From NCBI GenBank assembly GCA_044892525.1, contig CM097885.1:28770001-28834000 (forward strand): a stretch of DNA of 64,000 nucleotides, in the 5' to 3' direction. Below the pieces are notes generated by a model. The model was given only the letters and a program-made list of their open reading frames with translations, searched no databases and was not told the DNA's origin. Source of the stretch: Schmidtea polychroa (taxonomy: Eukaryota). Positions within the stretch are counted from its first letter, which is position 1; each line of letters begins with the position of its first letter. This document shows positions 1-14,157 of the stretch, one piece after another. A program made the position numbers and the translations under genes.

Positions 1-620
1 GATAAGTACAATTTGTTTAAATATTTTATAACTTTGATTCGATTTGATAAAATTATTTATTAATTTTTATCATTTACTTAAATATTTTATTACTCTGTTA
101 TATTTTTTATTATTTTGTTACGATATGATAAATATTTCATAACTTTATAGAAAGCTATCAAAATATCTTATTACTTTGTTGTAATGTTTTTATTATTTTG
201 TTACGATTAGATAAATATTTTATGACTTTATGTAAATTTACCTTAAATATGTTATTCATTTGTTGTAATTTAATGAAAGGTTTCACAACTTAATGCAATA
301 TTTTATTAATTTGTTGTCTTTCATCGAAATAATGTATTACTTTATTTACAATTACTTAAACTATTTTATTACTTTGTTGTAATATTTTTTATTATTTTAT
401 TATTATTTGATAAATATTTTAGAAATTGGTTTAAGTTTACCGAAATTTGCTAATACTATGTTATAATTTGATGAAAAATGTATTTTGTTGTTGTAAATTG
501 CCTCATTAAAGTATTACTTTATTTCAATATTTTTATAATCTTATAATTTGATAAATATTTTACAAATTTGTTGAAATTTACCGAAATATGTTATTTGTTG
601 CAATTTGATGAAAATGAATT
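1..620. repeat. Degenerate AT-rich minisatellite (about 25-30 bp units)
   Basis: Recurring variants of AAATATTTTATTACTTTGTTGTAATTTGAT throughout; left end runs off the window. Confidence 0.6.
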
Positions 621-3600
621 GATTATAATTTGTGTATGTCGTTTTGAATGTTCTACACACATGTTTTGTACTAAATTTGAATTTTTCATCAATTTAGCAT
701 AGTTTTAAAGAATTTTGTAGTATAATGATGAATAGATAGAATTTAATTCTCCATAAATCAGTCTAAATATTATTTTATTTACAAACTTGTTTTAATTATT
801 GAATTTTTCTCTATTTTGGTGTTTTGTTGATAAATACAACAATGAATAATTATAATTTTCTAGAAGATTTGTCCGTCAAATATTTAATGTATTTTGTTTT
901 AATTATTGAATCTTTAATTTAATAATTTTAGTTTTATTATGTCTTCGTTAAATAAGTCAACTAGCGTCAAAATGTGTTTTTAAAATATATTTAAATTTTA
1001 AAATACCGCAACGTAATATATTAATTTTTTTCCTACCCCTTCCTTGATTTTGATTGATCAGAATTTGTTCGTATTTATTATCTTCAGTCTATAAACAATA
1101 ATTTATCATTAGTCACATTTAACAAATAGTTAACCTTTAAAAATGAATTCTTTAATAAAAAACGTTATGAATGTCCGTAGAAAAATTCAGAAATTCGGTA
1201 AATTTTAATTTATCGATTAATTAATTTATTAATTAATTTAGATAATATTAATGAAGACAATTTGAAATCGAAGATAAATGGAAATTTGAAAAGAAAAAGT
1301 AAACATAATTTTTAATTTATTGATTTAATTAATTAATAATTTAGGTAATACGAATAAATAGAAAAATTATGTCAATAAATCGAATTGAAAATTTACATTG
1401 TAAGTATTGATTATTTTTAATGATTTAAAGGAAATTTAATATAATTTTTTATTTAAGTAAATGTTAATATTTTTAATTTAGTAAATATTTTTAGTAATAA
1501 ACTTTGTAAATATTTCTTGGAATAAATAATAATTTGAAAATCTTTCCGTAAACATTAATTTAATCAGATTTCTTTAATATTATTTAGTAATAATAATAAT
1601 ATTTTGTGTAATAATTACAATTATATATCGAATTTCTGTTATTTTATGATATTTAAAAAACTTTTAAATAATTTTAATGGTATTTTATAATTAAGGTAAT
1701 CTTAACCCGAATTATTGTCAATGTAAAGTCCATGATGACCGCAATTGCCATAAAATAATGAAAAAATACTATCGACATGTGAATAAACGAGTCACCTTTT
1801 TTATATGTCCCATTTGTAAGAGCTCCCAAAATATAAAATTAATTTTCAAATTTTATAAATTTTAATTAATTTTTGCACTTTTATTCTTTTGGTGTTTATG
1901 CTCTATTTATTTTATATATTACCATAACATATTTTCACCTTTAATTAAGATTTGGCCCCCAATCTTTTTTTTCATTATTCTTTATATTTTGACTTTACTA
2001 GTGGTGGGTTACAGGTAAGCATACATTTTACCTTTTCGAGCGGTTCCAGCGTAACCCAGAATACAATGATGTGTTTTACTGCTTGATACCCATTGAGTGA
2101 TTAATGTTGTACTGTATCAAGTAGGTAAATGCTCGCATACAGTGAGCGCCTTACTTGCACTATAACTGTCAAGAACTCCTTGGGTTCACGGACTGCCGAT
2201 AAAAGGCTTATGTCCGATTTTGTCTGGTCCCTTTATTAGATTGTTTTCCCAACGCCATGACTCTTTCATCACGCTTATCAGATACGCCGTCTACCATTAT
2301 AAATTTGCACACACATATTCATGGGCGACTACCTGGTGGAAACTAATATCTATTTATTAACATATAACACGTATTCATATCAGGTCAGTTCCCAAAATAT
2401 TTTTCCAATCAATTATTAATAATAAATAAAACAACAGCATTAATAAATAATAATCACATCAATAAAATTATCAGGCACATAGTAAATATTAAAGTGGAAA
2501 ATAATAATTATATCGATAAAATTTATCCTGCATATGGAAAAGGTTAAAGTTTACGACGTCAAAACTTATTACTTCAAGGGCGCTCAAACTTATTAGGACG
2601 ACCCTGAAAACCATATTAGATTAACATGTCATTTTGCTAATTATAGGATAATTTTGACTCGAAGAAGTCTTGTGAATGAATAGCCTGTTGATTCGTACAC
2701 AACTGGGAATAATTATTTAGCTTAGTCTAATTATCTTGGTCTAATAAGTACAAAACTTGATATAAACCTATATTAATAATCAATAATTTCAATAACATCA
2801 AAACCCCAAAATCTAAAATTAAATGCATTTTCAAAAGTTATTCTTATTTAACTTCAATACAAAATATCAAATGAATCGATTTATTTTCTATAGTTATAAA
2901 TATTGTTTTTACTTGACTTAATTGTATGAAAGATGATGTAATATAATTTCAATTCGATGCCAAAATAGATCTCGAATTCTGAGAAAGTTAGCTTTGGTAT
3001 ATTATTAGTAAACAATGAATTGCTACGAAATTCATCGAAGAAAACCGGATTTAATAATTTACGTTATATATAGAATAATTGCTGTTAGTTCAATGACTGT
3101 CAATAGCGGTTTGTGCTATTTTGTGTTAATCATTGTAATGTATCGTTATATTTTATTTTATTTTATTTGTTGGTTGTTTTAGTTCCATGTAAGTAACAAT
3201 TCTGCATGTTGCACGTGGAGAAGGTTTTTTATTTTGTTTTTTAAAAAATAAACTATATAGCGATAATTTACCATAGTAAATTATCGCTATAGAAAATGGA
3301 TTACAAATAAAAAAAGTCAATAAAAATTATTAGAAATATTCTAGAAATTGTTCGTGGCAAGAAGTTAATCCAAATCTATTAGCCTATTCACTCTAATAAA
3401 TTATTAGAAATATTCTAGAAATTGTTCGTGGCAAGAAATATCTGGAACCGTATATTAACGAAACTATCCAAGAAGAAAAAAGCCAAAGACTAAAATAAGA
3501 AAAAGGGAGACCAAAACCAATAACTAAGGTCTTACTTTTATTGTTTTATAAATAAAGTTTGAAATTGTAAAACTGTTATTGATCGTTTTTAATAAAGTAT

Positions 3601-3915
3601 TTTTTTCAGTACATACATTCACCCCAGATGTCCCAAGACAGTTTCATTTAAAGGAGACTCGGCTGGGTTCTACAACTTTTCTTATACAGCACGAATTATC
3701 AAATAAACAAATAACAAATAATTTAAAATAACACATTCAGAACAATATAGGAAATCAACACTCTAACAATCATGAATGAAGGGCTCTCGGCAAATGATAT
3801 ACATTTAATTTAATAGCAAGACTCGTGAATCATTCTGACTTATTCATAGCAATGATCTTGATAATTAATTTAATATTCGTTCAATTATATGATGATATTA
3901 TAAATCTCGATTTAG

Positions 3916-4625
3916 ATTATTTTACAATTGTCGCAATATTTTGATTGTTTTGGAAATTATAACGCTGACGTTAACGGTTTTCGATCGATTGATAGCAATC
4001 ACCTATCCCACAACCAACAAATGGACGATAATAATGTAGTCATATGTGTAGTTATTATCGCCGTGAAAACGACCTATATTTGCTTAATTCCGATTGGTTC
4101 ACTCGTCTTAATGCTCTCAGCAACTTACAGAAATCAATCGTAAAGGTACTGGATAAAATATATGATTTTAACTCTCTTGTTGATATCTTTACTAAAATCC
4201 AAATGCTCAAATATAATTTTTGTATTGCCTAGGTGAATTGTGATAGAGTGATCCTAGCTCTTGCATGCCCCTTATCGTTTAAAAATAGAAGACTAGAATT
4301 GGAAATTTATACTGTCAGAAATCCATTTGATGCTGAACATGTTGAACATAAAGACAATGATCCGAAATCTCCAAGTATGATTGGTGTATACGATATTAAA
4401 TGCCATTCTCGGTATTTTTACCAGCTAGGTATGAATCCTGTAATTATTAACAATGCATTTATTTGTGATTTTTATTGTAAGGAAATGTTCAACAATGAAA
4501 GATACTTATTTGGAAATGAAACATGCTATCCTAGCTATAATGAAGTTGGGCTACGCATCGCAATCGATCAGTGCAGAAATATTCCAATTCTTATTAAACC
4601 AAACCTATTTCTGTTATTTATATAG
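3916..4625 (+). pseudogene. Disrupted Cys-rich coding sequence, unknown family
   Basis: ORFs 4044-4232 and 4233-4625 share a frame and are separated by one TAG; ORF 3928 joins by frameshift; hydrophobic C-terminus; candidate AG acceptor near 3915. Confidence 0.35.
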
Positions 4626-4658
4626 ATGTGGTCTTTACGTTGATTTGATGTTATAATC

Positions 4659-5023
4659 CAGGGGTGGGCACGCATGAGGTCCTAGAGACATGTATTATTT
4701 AAATATTGCTTATAAAAAGAATCAAACAAGGTAGAATGTAATAAGGAAATATTAAATTTTGATTCTAAATACCGCCATCGAATGACACTATAAATTTTAA
4801 TTCTGTTTACACCTATTTTGTGACACAGGTAAAAATGAACTAACCATGAAAATACAATTGCAACAAAAAATTTTTTTTTAAAAATTCAGTTGAAAAAATT
4901 TCAAAATAAAAAAATCGAATTCAATTTTCAAATTCAATTATCAAAAATTCAATTATCAATGAGCCGCAGTTTACTCAACGAAGAGCCGTATGCGGCTCTA
5001 AGAGCCGCATTTGCCCACCGTTG
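4659..5023. mobile_element. hAT (Charlie-type) MITE
   Basis: Ends CAGGGGTGGGCA / TGCCCACCGTTG; 8-bp TSD TTATAATC / TTATAACC; subterminal GAGCCG motifs. Confidence 0.85.
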
Positions 5024-5419
5024 TTATAACCCCTTTGTTATTTATATTCAGTAGATTTTCCATTAATAGATCTATGTAAATTTCAAGTACTCTACAGCTG
5101 ACAGACGTTGAATGGTTGGAAATTTATTTCGAACATCTGAAAAAAATCGTGGGGGTGATCAGATATGTATTTTATCCTCTATCATTCTTATCTTACAATA
5201 CAAACTTTAGCCCTGAATTTATTGAAAGTTATTATTTTGCAGAAATATTTTAAGTAGACATTATGGAATTTTAGTTTCAATGTTTTATATTTTCTTATAT
5301 TTCCTTATTGTGATATATTATAAAAATTTGCTCTGAACTTTTTATTATGATTTAATGAAATATTCTCTAGAATGGGTAGCAAATTAATTAAATTAATTAT
5401 TTTAAGGATAAGTATAAAT

Positions 5420-6636
5420 AAGATGGAGTGATGGTATATCTAGACGACATACTAATATTCACATAGACAGAAGAAGAACACTATAACGTATTTGGAAGAG
5501 TTCTAAGGAAGATCTCAACAGCAGGACTAAGATTGAACCCCGAAAAATGTCAAATATTTAGGAAAGAAGTGAAGTCTCTGGGACACATAATAAATAAAGA
5601 CGGCATACAGATCATGCTAAGATAGAAGCGATACAATCATTTCAAAAGTCAAAATATGTAAAGAATCTGAGGAGCTTTTTGGGTATCTATAACTATTATC
5701 GACGGTTCATTAAAGACTATGCAAAGAAGGCAAAAGCACTAGAAAGCATATGCGGAAAAAACAATGAGAAAATAAGATGGACAGGGATGTGTGAAAAGGC
5801 TTTCGGGGAAATGAAATAAGCATTGGTAACCGCCCCAGTATTGGTATTTCCCGACTTCAGAAAAGAATTAATATTAGACACAGACGCAAGCTTAGATACT
5901 ATTGGAGCAGTTCTTTCGCAAAAGGATGAAAAATGACATGAACGTGTCATTGCATATGGTTCACATGCGATGAGCAACCACGAAAAAGGAAAGAAGTATT
6001 GGCAATATACTATTTTTGTAAACATTTCAACCGTTACTTATATGGTAAAGATTCTCACTGAGAACGGACCATAAAGCTATTAAGTTTATGCTAACAACGA
6101 AGAAACCAATAACTGCTCAATTCCAGTCATGGATCAACTATTTAAGCAGTCTGGATATTAAAATGGAATACAGGAAAGGGACAAGTCATACAAATTCGGA
6201 TATGCTAACCAGGAAAACATGCGGAACATGTTTACAGTGTATGATGGAACACGAAGATCCAAAAACCGGAAATAGAATATACTTTAAATGCAACAGTTCA
6301 AAAAACAACGGGAGTAAGTCCAGCAGAGATTATATTTGGAAGGAAAATCGACAAAATGAAATGGTACACGAATAAAGGAATAAATAGAGAGGATATGGAA
6401 AAGAGAATAGAGGATAAAACACTAAGGCCAAACGGAAGCAGAGCAGTGAGAAACTTCGAAATGGGAGATATGGTGTTGATCAAACAAGAAATTAGAAATA
6501 AAGACGAAGCAAGATGGGAAGTGTCGAACAAAGTGATAGAGAAAATACATGAACGGATCTATTTACTTAAAGATCAAAATGGGAAGACGGTAGTTAGAAA
6601 TTTTGAGAAGATCAAGCATTTTAAAAAAGGAGGATA
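5420..6636 (+). mobile_element. Degenerate Ty3/Gypsy pol fragment (RT C-terminus, RNase H, 3' end) ending in a polypurine tract
   Basis: Reads GVMVYLDDILIF, LDTDAS..IGAVLSQKD, RTDHKAI, EYRKG..H.NSD; many stops and frameshifts; AAAAAAGGAGGATA followed by TG near 6637. Confidence 0.9.
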
Positions 6637-7183
6637 TGAGGAGTTAAAATTAAAATGTTAAATTAAAATTATTTCATGATTAAATTTTGTAAAATTAAAA
6701 GTGAAACTTAAATTATTTGAAATAAATTAGAATTAAAATGGTTAAAATTAAAATGAATATTTTAATTTTAATTTTGAAATACAATAATTTTTAATAAAAT
6801 TGCAATTCAAGTATGAATGTGGTATGTTGATATTTGGTTGAAATTGAAATTTATAAAAAGAAAATGTCCCAAGAATATTTGTTTATATAAGCAGATTTAA
6901 TGAAATATAATTTTGGATTTATTTAGTCTTAGTAATTTATTTGATGACAGAAGAATTGAATGTTATAGCTTCTAACAATAATAATAATAATAATATTAAC
7001 AATATTATTATTTATTTATCTTTACTAATAATAATAAGATCTTGAACACACAAATAATACTCAATATTGTTTTAACCGTATGCCTTTTGACATTGCAGCT
7101 ACATCTGTAAAATTTTAAAAGTTCATGAATAAAATATTAAGACCACTGAATGGCAAAGTTGTTTTTAATTAATTTATTATTTT

Positions 7184-7241
<58 letters not shown>
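7184..7241. repeat. (CA)n(TA)n microsatellite
   Basis: Seen directly. Confidence 0.95.
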
Positions 7242-7244
<3 letters not shown>

Positions 7245-8699
7245 TAATATATGATTAATATATGATTAATTCCTCAATTCTATTGAATGTTGACTGTGTT
7301 GAGAAAAAATTGAATTTAGACCCACATAGCAGTAATATGATCGAAATGCGTCGTCAAATTACATACAGACACAACACTAAGTAAAGTTAAAATAGAAACT
7401 TGTTAAATCACCAACTAAACACAAATTAAAGAACTGACATACCGTCAAAATGATAAAACACAAAAGTAAATTAAAACAAGACAAGAAGTGTTGAACGAAA
7501 CAAACTCCAACATAGCATAGATAAAGAACAGAAACTAAAAAAATGCGAATTATTGGCGATAAAAGAAAGTAGGAAAAAGAATGGAAAAGATTTCCAAAAA
7601 ATAGCATTAAAATGAATGATGAGTCAAAATTATAATAGAAATGATAAGAAATATCAGAATATTCTATGTAAATGGCGAAATCTATAATGGGCGCTACATA
7701 ACTAATTGAGGTTAAGTAAAATATAAAAATATAAAATTTAAATTACCACAAACTAAAATAAAACAACGTAAGAATTAAAAGAAATAGGAATTACATAATA
7801 AAATTTTTAAAGTAACATAGAATATTCTATAAACTGGCCAAATCCATCATGGCGACGAAATTTATTAAAATTAAATAGAATATAGTATAAAGTGAGTCCA
7901 TGTCAATCTCCTATCTTATAGTCGAAAATATTTTTATTAAATACATTATTCGCAGCAAAAGGTTTAAATTATCACTGAATTGTTTTAAATAAAATTTAAA
8001 AATCAGAAAATAAAATAAATCATAAATTATAAAAATTAGTCATCAAAATTGAAGAAATTAAAATTCAAAATTAATCAGAATTATAATAATTCAAATTTGT
8101 TTTATTGAATCAGTGTACGCACACATAATCGCACACCAAAATCAGACTATAAATACTGACACATTTCAGTCATAATCCAATGCTGATATTTTGGTTAGAC
8201 CAAGATTTTTCTGAATTTGGCCAACTTACGATCTTGTAATTGTAAGAACTTTATATCAACTTTATATATTATGCTTACGTATTATGAATTTTTGTTTTCT
8301 TTTGTTGTTATCAAAAGACGAATTCACTTTCACATGATGAAATCGCTAAACCTTTTCGGTCACAGCTTGCAAGATAGTAAACTATATGAGAACGTACCTT
8401 AACAAAGTATGACAACTAATTACATTAATAATCTAATTAATAATACCCTTATGCTGTCAAAGTACCACAACTATAGAGGGAAATGGTGGATGGAGACGAA
8501 AAGAAATATCTAGGGATTAGCCTCCTTACTAATTATACACTCAACTTGCAACTTATTTTTATTTCTGGGTATAAAACCATATTCTATTATCAATTTATCC
8601 TTATTGAAGCATATATTTTTAAATTTAAATTCTATTGTCTGTTTCCCGTAATTTTTCTTTAATCTTTCCTTTAAATCTTTTATGTAATCATCTACCTCG

Positions 8700-9720
8700 C
8701 AACGAATACAAATCGCACAGTTATTATTTTAGTTTACAACATCAATAAAAACAAAATCTAACCATTTGTTTTCTCTAAATGGTTTTCCAAATATTTTCAT
8801 CATATTTTCACTTTCATTTTTATTTTTTGAATTTACTTCATAATAATCAGCACATATCTCAATTACACTTCAATTTTCGTATACTCCGTAACATTTGATA
8901 ACATTTAGTATTTTAGACTTTTCTGTTGCTCTCAATTTCATTAATTTTCTTATCCACAACATAATTGTGTTACTTTTTCATTTTCTAAATCATCTCTAGT
9001 CACCTTTCCTTTCGGATCTGTTGCTGACCATTCTGACAGCAAGTTATTCATCATATGGTTATCAGTCTCTTCATCGGATTCAAACGTGCACATTAAACGA
9101 CTTAAACTTCGAATCATCCGTTTCATCTCAGTTTCGATTCTGTCATTAAAATCATCTGGTTGTACAAAAGCTATATTGTCTGATTGTGACTTATCCATTA
9201 AAAATCGGGTTTCCTTTAATATCGGTCTTTGAAATTTTTCACTATTCTTTGGACCCGATCTACCCATATGTCCATCACCCCTGCATGAGTGGCATTGAAT
9301 TTGACCTTGAAGGTTTACTTTACCTCACTGTGTTGATGGTGATGTTAATGGAGATCTTGCAAAACAATTTCGAGAAACATGACCTTTCCTTCCACAATTA
9401 TAACACTATATTGTCATTATTTCAGTGGTTATTGGCGTTCATTTTATTGAAACCTTTCTCACCATTACTTTTCAATCAATCTGGCCACATCCTCTTTGGA
9501 GTTCGTTGTCCATTATTCTTAAACCATCATTGATTATTTTCTTTGACAATGATCACATTGAACTGAGCTTGAGCTTCTTCGAAAATATTTTTTAAACCAA
9601 CATTGATTTAGGTTATGTCCTATTCTTTTACAATAACTGCATTGGATTGGCCTTTCTTTCTCATCATTTGACCTGTTTGTTGATTTTCTTACTTTATTTG
9701 TATACCATCAATAAAATTTC
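8700..9720 (-). mobile_element. Degenerate LTR-retrotransposon gag region
   Basis: Minus strand near 9640-9598 reads CSYCKRIGHNLNQC (perfect CX2CX4HX4C knuckle), then a second broken knuckle CDHCQRK*; ORF 8950-9267 lies downstream; LTR-like repeat upstream near 10 kb; boundaries approximate. Confidence 0.7.
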
Positions 9721-9736
9721 TATAATGTCATTGAAA

Positions 9737-9897
9737 AAGAAACAAATTGTCGTTAATAAAGAAACAATTAGCCATTAATAAAGAAACAATTTGATATTGG
9801 CAAAGGAACAATTCGCCATTGATAGAGAAACAACTTACCATTAGTAAAGAAATAATTCGCTATTAGTAAAGAAACAATAAAGCATTAAAAAAGAAAA
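9737..9897. repeat. 22-bp tandem repeat, about 7 copies, in the putative retroelement leader
   Basis: Variants of AAAGAAACAATTAGCCATTAAT head to tail. Confidence 0.85.
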
Positions 9898-9954
9898 TTA
9901 TCTAAAGAATTATCTAAAATTCTCTAACTGGGCGATTAAAGGTTTTTTTTATAT

Positions 9955-10200
9955 TATTATATAAATAAAAGTTTGTCATTTATAATTGTTACAATTTATA
10001 TAACCTATATTGTTATAACCCTACATACATTCACCCCAGCTATCCCGAGACAATGAACTTACCGGTGACTCGGCTGGATACTACAATATTTCTTATTGCA
10101 CTCACACTAACAAACGTAAATACAAACATAATATAATACATATAATATATTACAAATATAATACACACGGACATACTATAGAAACAATAACCCTTAATAC
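9955..10200. repeat. Dispersed LTR-like repeat, family C (other copies near 3530-3780 and 46015-46690)
   Basis: Shared core TACATACATTCACCCCAG..TCCC.AGAC...GACTCGGCTGG..CTACAA in all three places; boundaries approximate. Confidence 0.65.
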
Positions 10201-11538
10201 CATTCATCGTTTAGGGAACATCGTTTTGACTAAGCATCTTCAATTTCTTCCGCTAAAACAAACAAATATTAAAGATGCATTGTGGATATTTTTACAGTAG
10301 GCATTTTCACTTTCTTAAAAATTAATTGTATTTAAAACAGTCAATGCTTTTTTTGAGATTTCCCATGCTCCAGAGCTTCACAGAACGATAATTATACAAA
10401 CAGGGAAATAGTGAAACATTTAATGAAACAAAAATATGGAATGATGTAAAATTTCACCCCAAATATTTCATGTCAAAAAATCACTCCAAATTTCTTTTTA
10501 AAAATATAACAATAAAATATTTTACTGATTCATAGTAAAGTTTTTTAATAAATACGATGTCGATTGTAAAGAAATCAATGGTGAAAATCGAAAAAAGTTC
10601 TTAATAAAAATATTTATTAATAACTATTCTCGACATTTTCTTCATAATAATAATATTGTTTAGAATGTTCTAATATTTGTTTAAATAGATTCGTATTTAA
10701 GAATTCTCTTTATATACATTCTCTTTTTACACCTCGCATCTTCTAAATTATTTTTTAAATCCGGTTCAAAAATTAACGTCATAATTCCAAGTATTTATTT
10801 AATGAAATATTGTATAATTTTCAAACAAATTTTCAGCGTTGAATAAAATATTTTCAAAACCAATTATTAAAATTTCGATATTTAAAATATATTTATTTAA
10901 AAATTATTCACTAATAATCTTCTTTCAAAAAGCTATTTTAATTTTTTTATTTTTCAATTAAAAAATTTCAACTTAAAAAATCCAATTTAAAAATTATTTT
11001 AATAGTAATTATTTACAATTTAAAATTATCTTAATAAATCATTGAAATATTTAATTCTCAGCTGAAAAAACCTCACAGCCTTATTTCAGTTAGACTCTAG
11101 GTAGACTCTAGACGCTGGGTATGGAATCCTGTCTCAGGATCCACAAGGTTTTCATTGTAATTTACACAAAAAAGTTCATATCCTTCACGATATTCTGTTT
11201 TAAATAATTAATATCTTGTAAAATATTATTCTTGTATTTTTTACTTCATATATATTTTATTTTTTCAATCTATAGATCAATCTTTTATTTTAAATTTACC
11301 TCAAATTTTCTTATTGGATGATTATTATATTTTTTTCTAAAAATATAAGGATATTAAAAATAAAAATTGTGATTCTATGCAAGTTGAATGTTCATAAAGG
11401 ATTTGTATTTTTGGCAGAAAGATGATTTCTGGAGTTTATTAAATTAAGATGTTAAAGTAAGGGAAAGGTAAGGAAAGCCTAAAAACTACAATAATTTTAT
11501 TATTTTCAAAAAAGATTAAATAAAATGGTTGTTATAGG

Positions 11539-12448
11539 CTAACTTGGTAACGATGGCAGACGCAATTTCTTCTTCTTGATTCTTGGTTCCTTCAAAAATA
11601 GTGCGTCTTCTGACACTTCGGATTTAGCTTTCTCCAACTCGAAATTGAAGTTATCTATAACTTCATTGTTTAAAGCCACTAAATCGTTTTGAGAAGTAGT
11701 GAAACGTGGTTTTCTTTTAGATTTTGTAATTTTTTTCTTATATAAAGATCTCGTATCTGCTTGCTTAATAGAATTCTGAAAATGAAAATATATCATAATA
11801 ATGGGATAAAAACAAAAAAAATGATAACAAGATGTTTTTCCATGATTTCTCTAATCAATTGATCATCTTTTTCTTTTTTGAGATCACGTTCCTAAAAATT
11901 ATTTTAAAAACCTTCTAATGATAAAACATCAACTGGAATTCTCACAACATCCCCAATTGATAAATGTGGATAAAGGGTTCTAATCTCCGAATTCGGAACA
12001 TATCCTTAAAAAAGAATAATAAACATATAATAAAAATTAAAATTAAAAATTAAAAACCATCTGGAGCAATTATAAATTTAGATTTTTTCATATTCTTCGA
12101 TGTAAGATTGACCATCTTTAGGGGTGTATTTTCTTTCACTTCTCGATAAAAGGGCAAGCCAGTAAATTCTGACCTTAAATATTTATGTCCAGTAAAACAA
12201 GGCAATTTATTATTCCTAAATAAAAGATCGGTATCCGACAATGGTTCTGTTGGTGAGTCTGATGATGGATTCGATGGTTGGTCATTAAAAGTGTTGTCTT
12301 CGAAGACTGACATTATTACATCAAGTTCATGGTTAGGGAAAATTTTCCCGATGTCATCTGAGTTAATATTATTCTGACTTAATTGTGATTTGGAAAATGT
12401 TGGTTTATTTGATGAATTATTTGTCTTTTTAAATTTTTTTGCATGCAT
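11539..12448 (-). CDS. Predicted 4-exon gene, 255-aa hypothetical protein (exons 12448-12058, 12004-11928, 11891-11829, 11775-11539)
   Basis: GT-AG introns of 53, 36 and 53 nt join the two track ORFs through GYVPNSEIRTLYPHLSIGDVVRIPVD and ERDLKKEKDDQLIREIMEKHL into a 768-nt frame with no internal stop. Confidence 0.65.
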
Positions 12449-13019
12449 TTTAAATTTAAATCAATTATTAAAATGATTGATTTATTTTATTGTTTTGAAA
12501 TTAATTGGAATTAATAATTAAATTTAACTAGTTAATGGAAAAGCCAATAGATATTAATGAGCCCCTTCCTAAACTCCCTGAACCCTACCCCCTCCCCAGA
12601 ACTAGGTCATTTAATATTGATTAAACCAGATTAGGTTTTTATGGCTTTTAAGTCAATGAAGCTGTGATTAAAGTGAGAGCCTGTCTCAAGTTTTTTAAAA
12701 TAGATTTTGTCACTCCTAAAAAAGGCCAACTGGGTTAAGGCAATGTGATGATTGTACTATATTGAGGAGGTATTTGACCTAAAGCTTTTTATAATTAGGT
12801 TTCAATCTATCACTAAAAGCAACACCAGAATATTTGGTCTTAGTACTTTCTATAGGCCAAAAGAAATCAGATATATTTTGTAATAAAATATTTGAATAAA
12901 TAAATTTGGTTAATATAATTTTTGTACAGGGAAATAAATATTAAGTTAATTTTTTAGTGGAAATAAATCTTCGTAAGCATTAATATTAATAATAATCATC
13001 TTTATGAATAATCCCTAAC

Positions 13020-13894
13020 TGTTGGGTTTTTAATGTAAGTCGGTACTACGGTCTGACTCCTTTGTGTTCTTTTCCAAATAAATAAATAACCCAACACAAA
13101 ATCTTTATTGACTCTGATGCAGTTACACTTTTACACTTGTATTAGTTTACTCACACTTGATACAATCAGGTTTTGTCTGCACTTTTCAATTTGCCAACAA
13201 ATCTCACGCAGGGGTAGATCTTCCAACGGGAGATGTCCCTTTCTGGTACGTTCGATTTTTAAATGGTTTAATTTCTACTAACTTTAGTATTTCCTTTTTC
13301 GCTCTCGTCAAACTTCTATTTTCTTTTCTTCGACCAACTGGCAATTATGTTTCTTTGCTGGTTCCTTTTATACTTGACCCGTCAATTGATTTTAATTCAC
13401 CAAGCCCTTCGTATCAAATTTCCCCGGCTTCCTCCTATCTCTTTCTCTCATTGTCCTAATTTAATTTTCGTCGACCGATCTAATTTCCCCTTTGATCTAC
13501 CATTTAGGCTCTCCCATGACGCTAGGGCTTTCCATTATCTCGGGCTTCCCATTATCTCGGGTTTTTCACTATCTCGGGTTTCCCATTAGCTCGGGTTCTC
13601 CATTAGCTCGGGTTTCCCATTAGCTCGGGCTTCCCATTAGTTAATAAATTTTTAATGAAATTTTTGTTTTTTATAATTTATTCTTTCTAGGGACCCCCCA
13701 TTGATTTTATTTTATTATATTTGAACTCGTCTCATAATTTGGCATCCGCCCATACCAGTTTCCCCCGAAATTATTCAATTTTGTTTTTTTGATTATTTTA
13801 ATTAATATCTTTGTATTTTACATTTATTATTATGAATTTGATGTTTTCATTGATTTTCACCTCAATTTTGTATCTCTTTTATTGAACCCCAACA
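13020..13894. mobile_element. Solo LTR, family A
   Basis: TGTTGGG...CCCAACA termini; exact 4-bp TSD TAAC. Confidence 0.9.
13521..13640. repeat. 17-bp tandem repeat, about 7 copies, inside the solo LTR
   Basis: CTCGGG(T/C)TTCCCATTA(G/T) units with no spacers. Confidence 0.9.
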
Positions 13895-13898
13895 TAAC

Positions 13899-14157
13899 GA
13901 CAAACACTGAACACCATACAATCTATCGGTTTCAACGCAATATATCTAGATGGTATCTTTATCACAGCGAAGAGCAGAAAAGAAGCGGAAGAAATTATTT
14001 ATATATGTAATGCGACTCACCGAGATATTAAGTTTAAAATCAGATATCCAGAAGAAGATGGATCCCTCAATTTACTTAAAAAAATAAAAGTACATACTCA
14101 GAAAAACGGATTCTACAAAAAACTGCATACGAAGAGCTATTTATGTACCACAGATCA
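13899..14157 (+). mobile_element. Old fragment of PLE family 1 RT
   Basis: Diverged match to about 57411-57680 (e.g. GAAGAAGATGGATCCCTCAATTTA shared). Confidence 0.85.

Noticed and set aside
11892..11911. Possible 20-nt micro-intron GTTTTTAAAATAATTTTTAG
   Set aside because: Splicing it gives an immediate TGA; the 36-nt intron keeps the frame
13521..13640. CRISPR-like look of the 17-bp array (and the 22-bp array at 9737)
   Set aside because: Head-to-tail units with no unique spacers, inside retroelement sequence in a eukaryote; no cas genes
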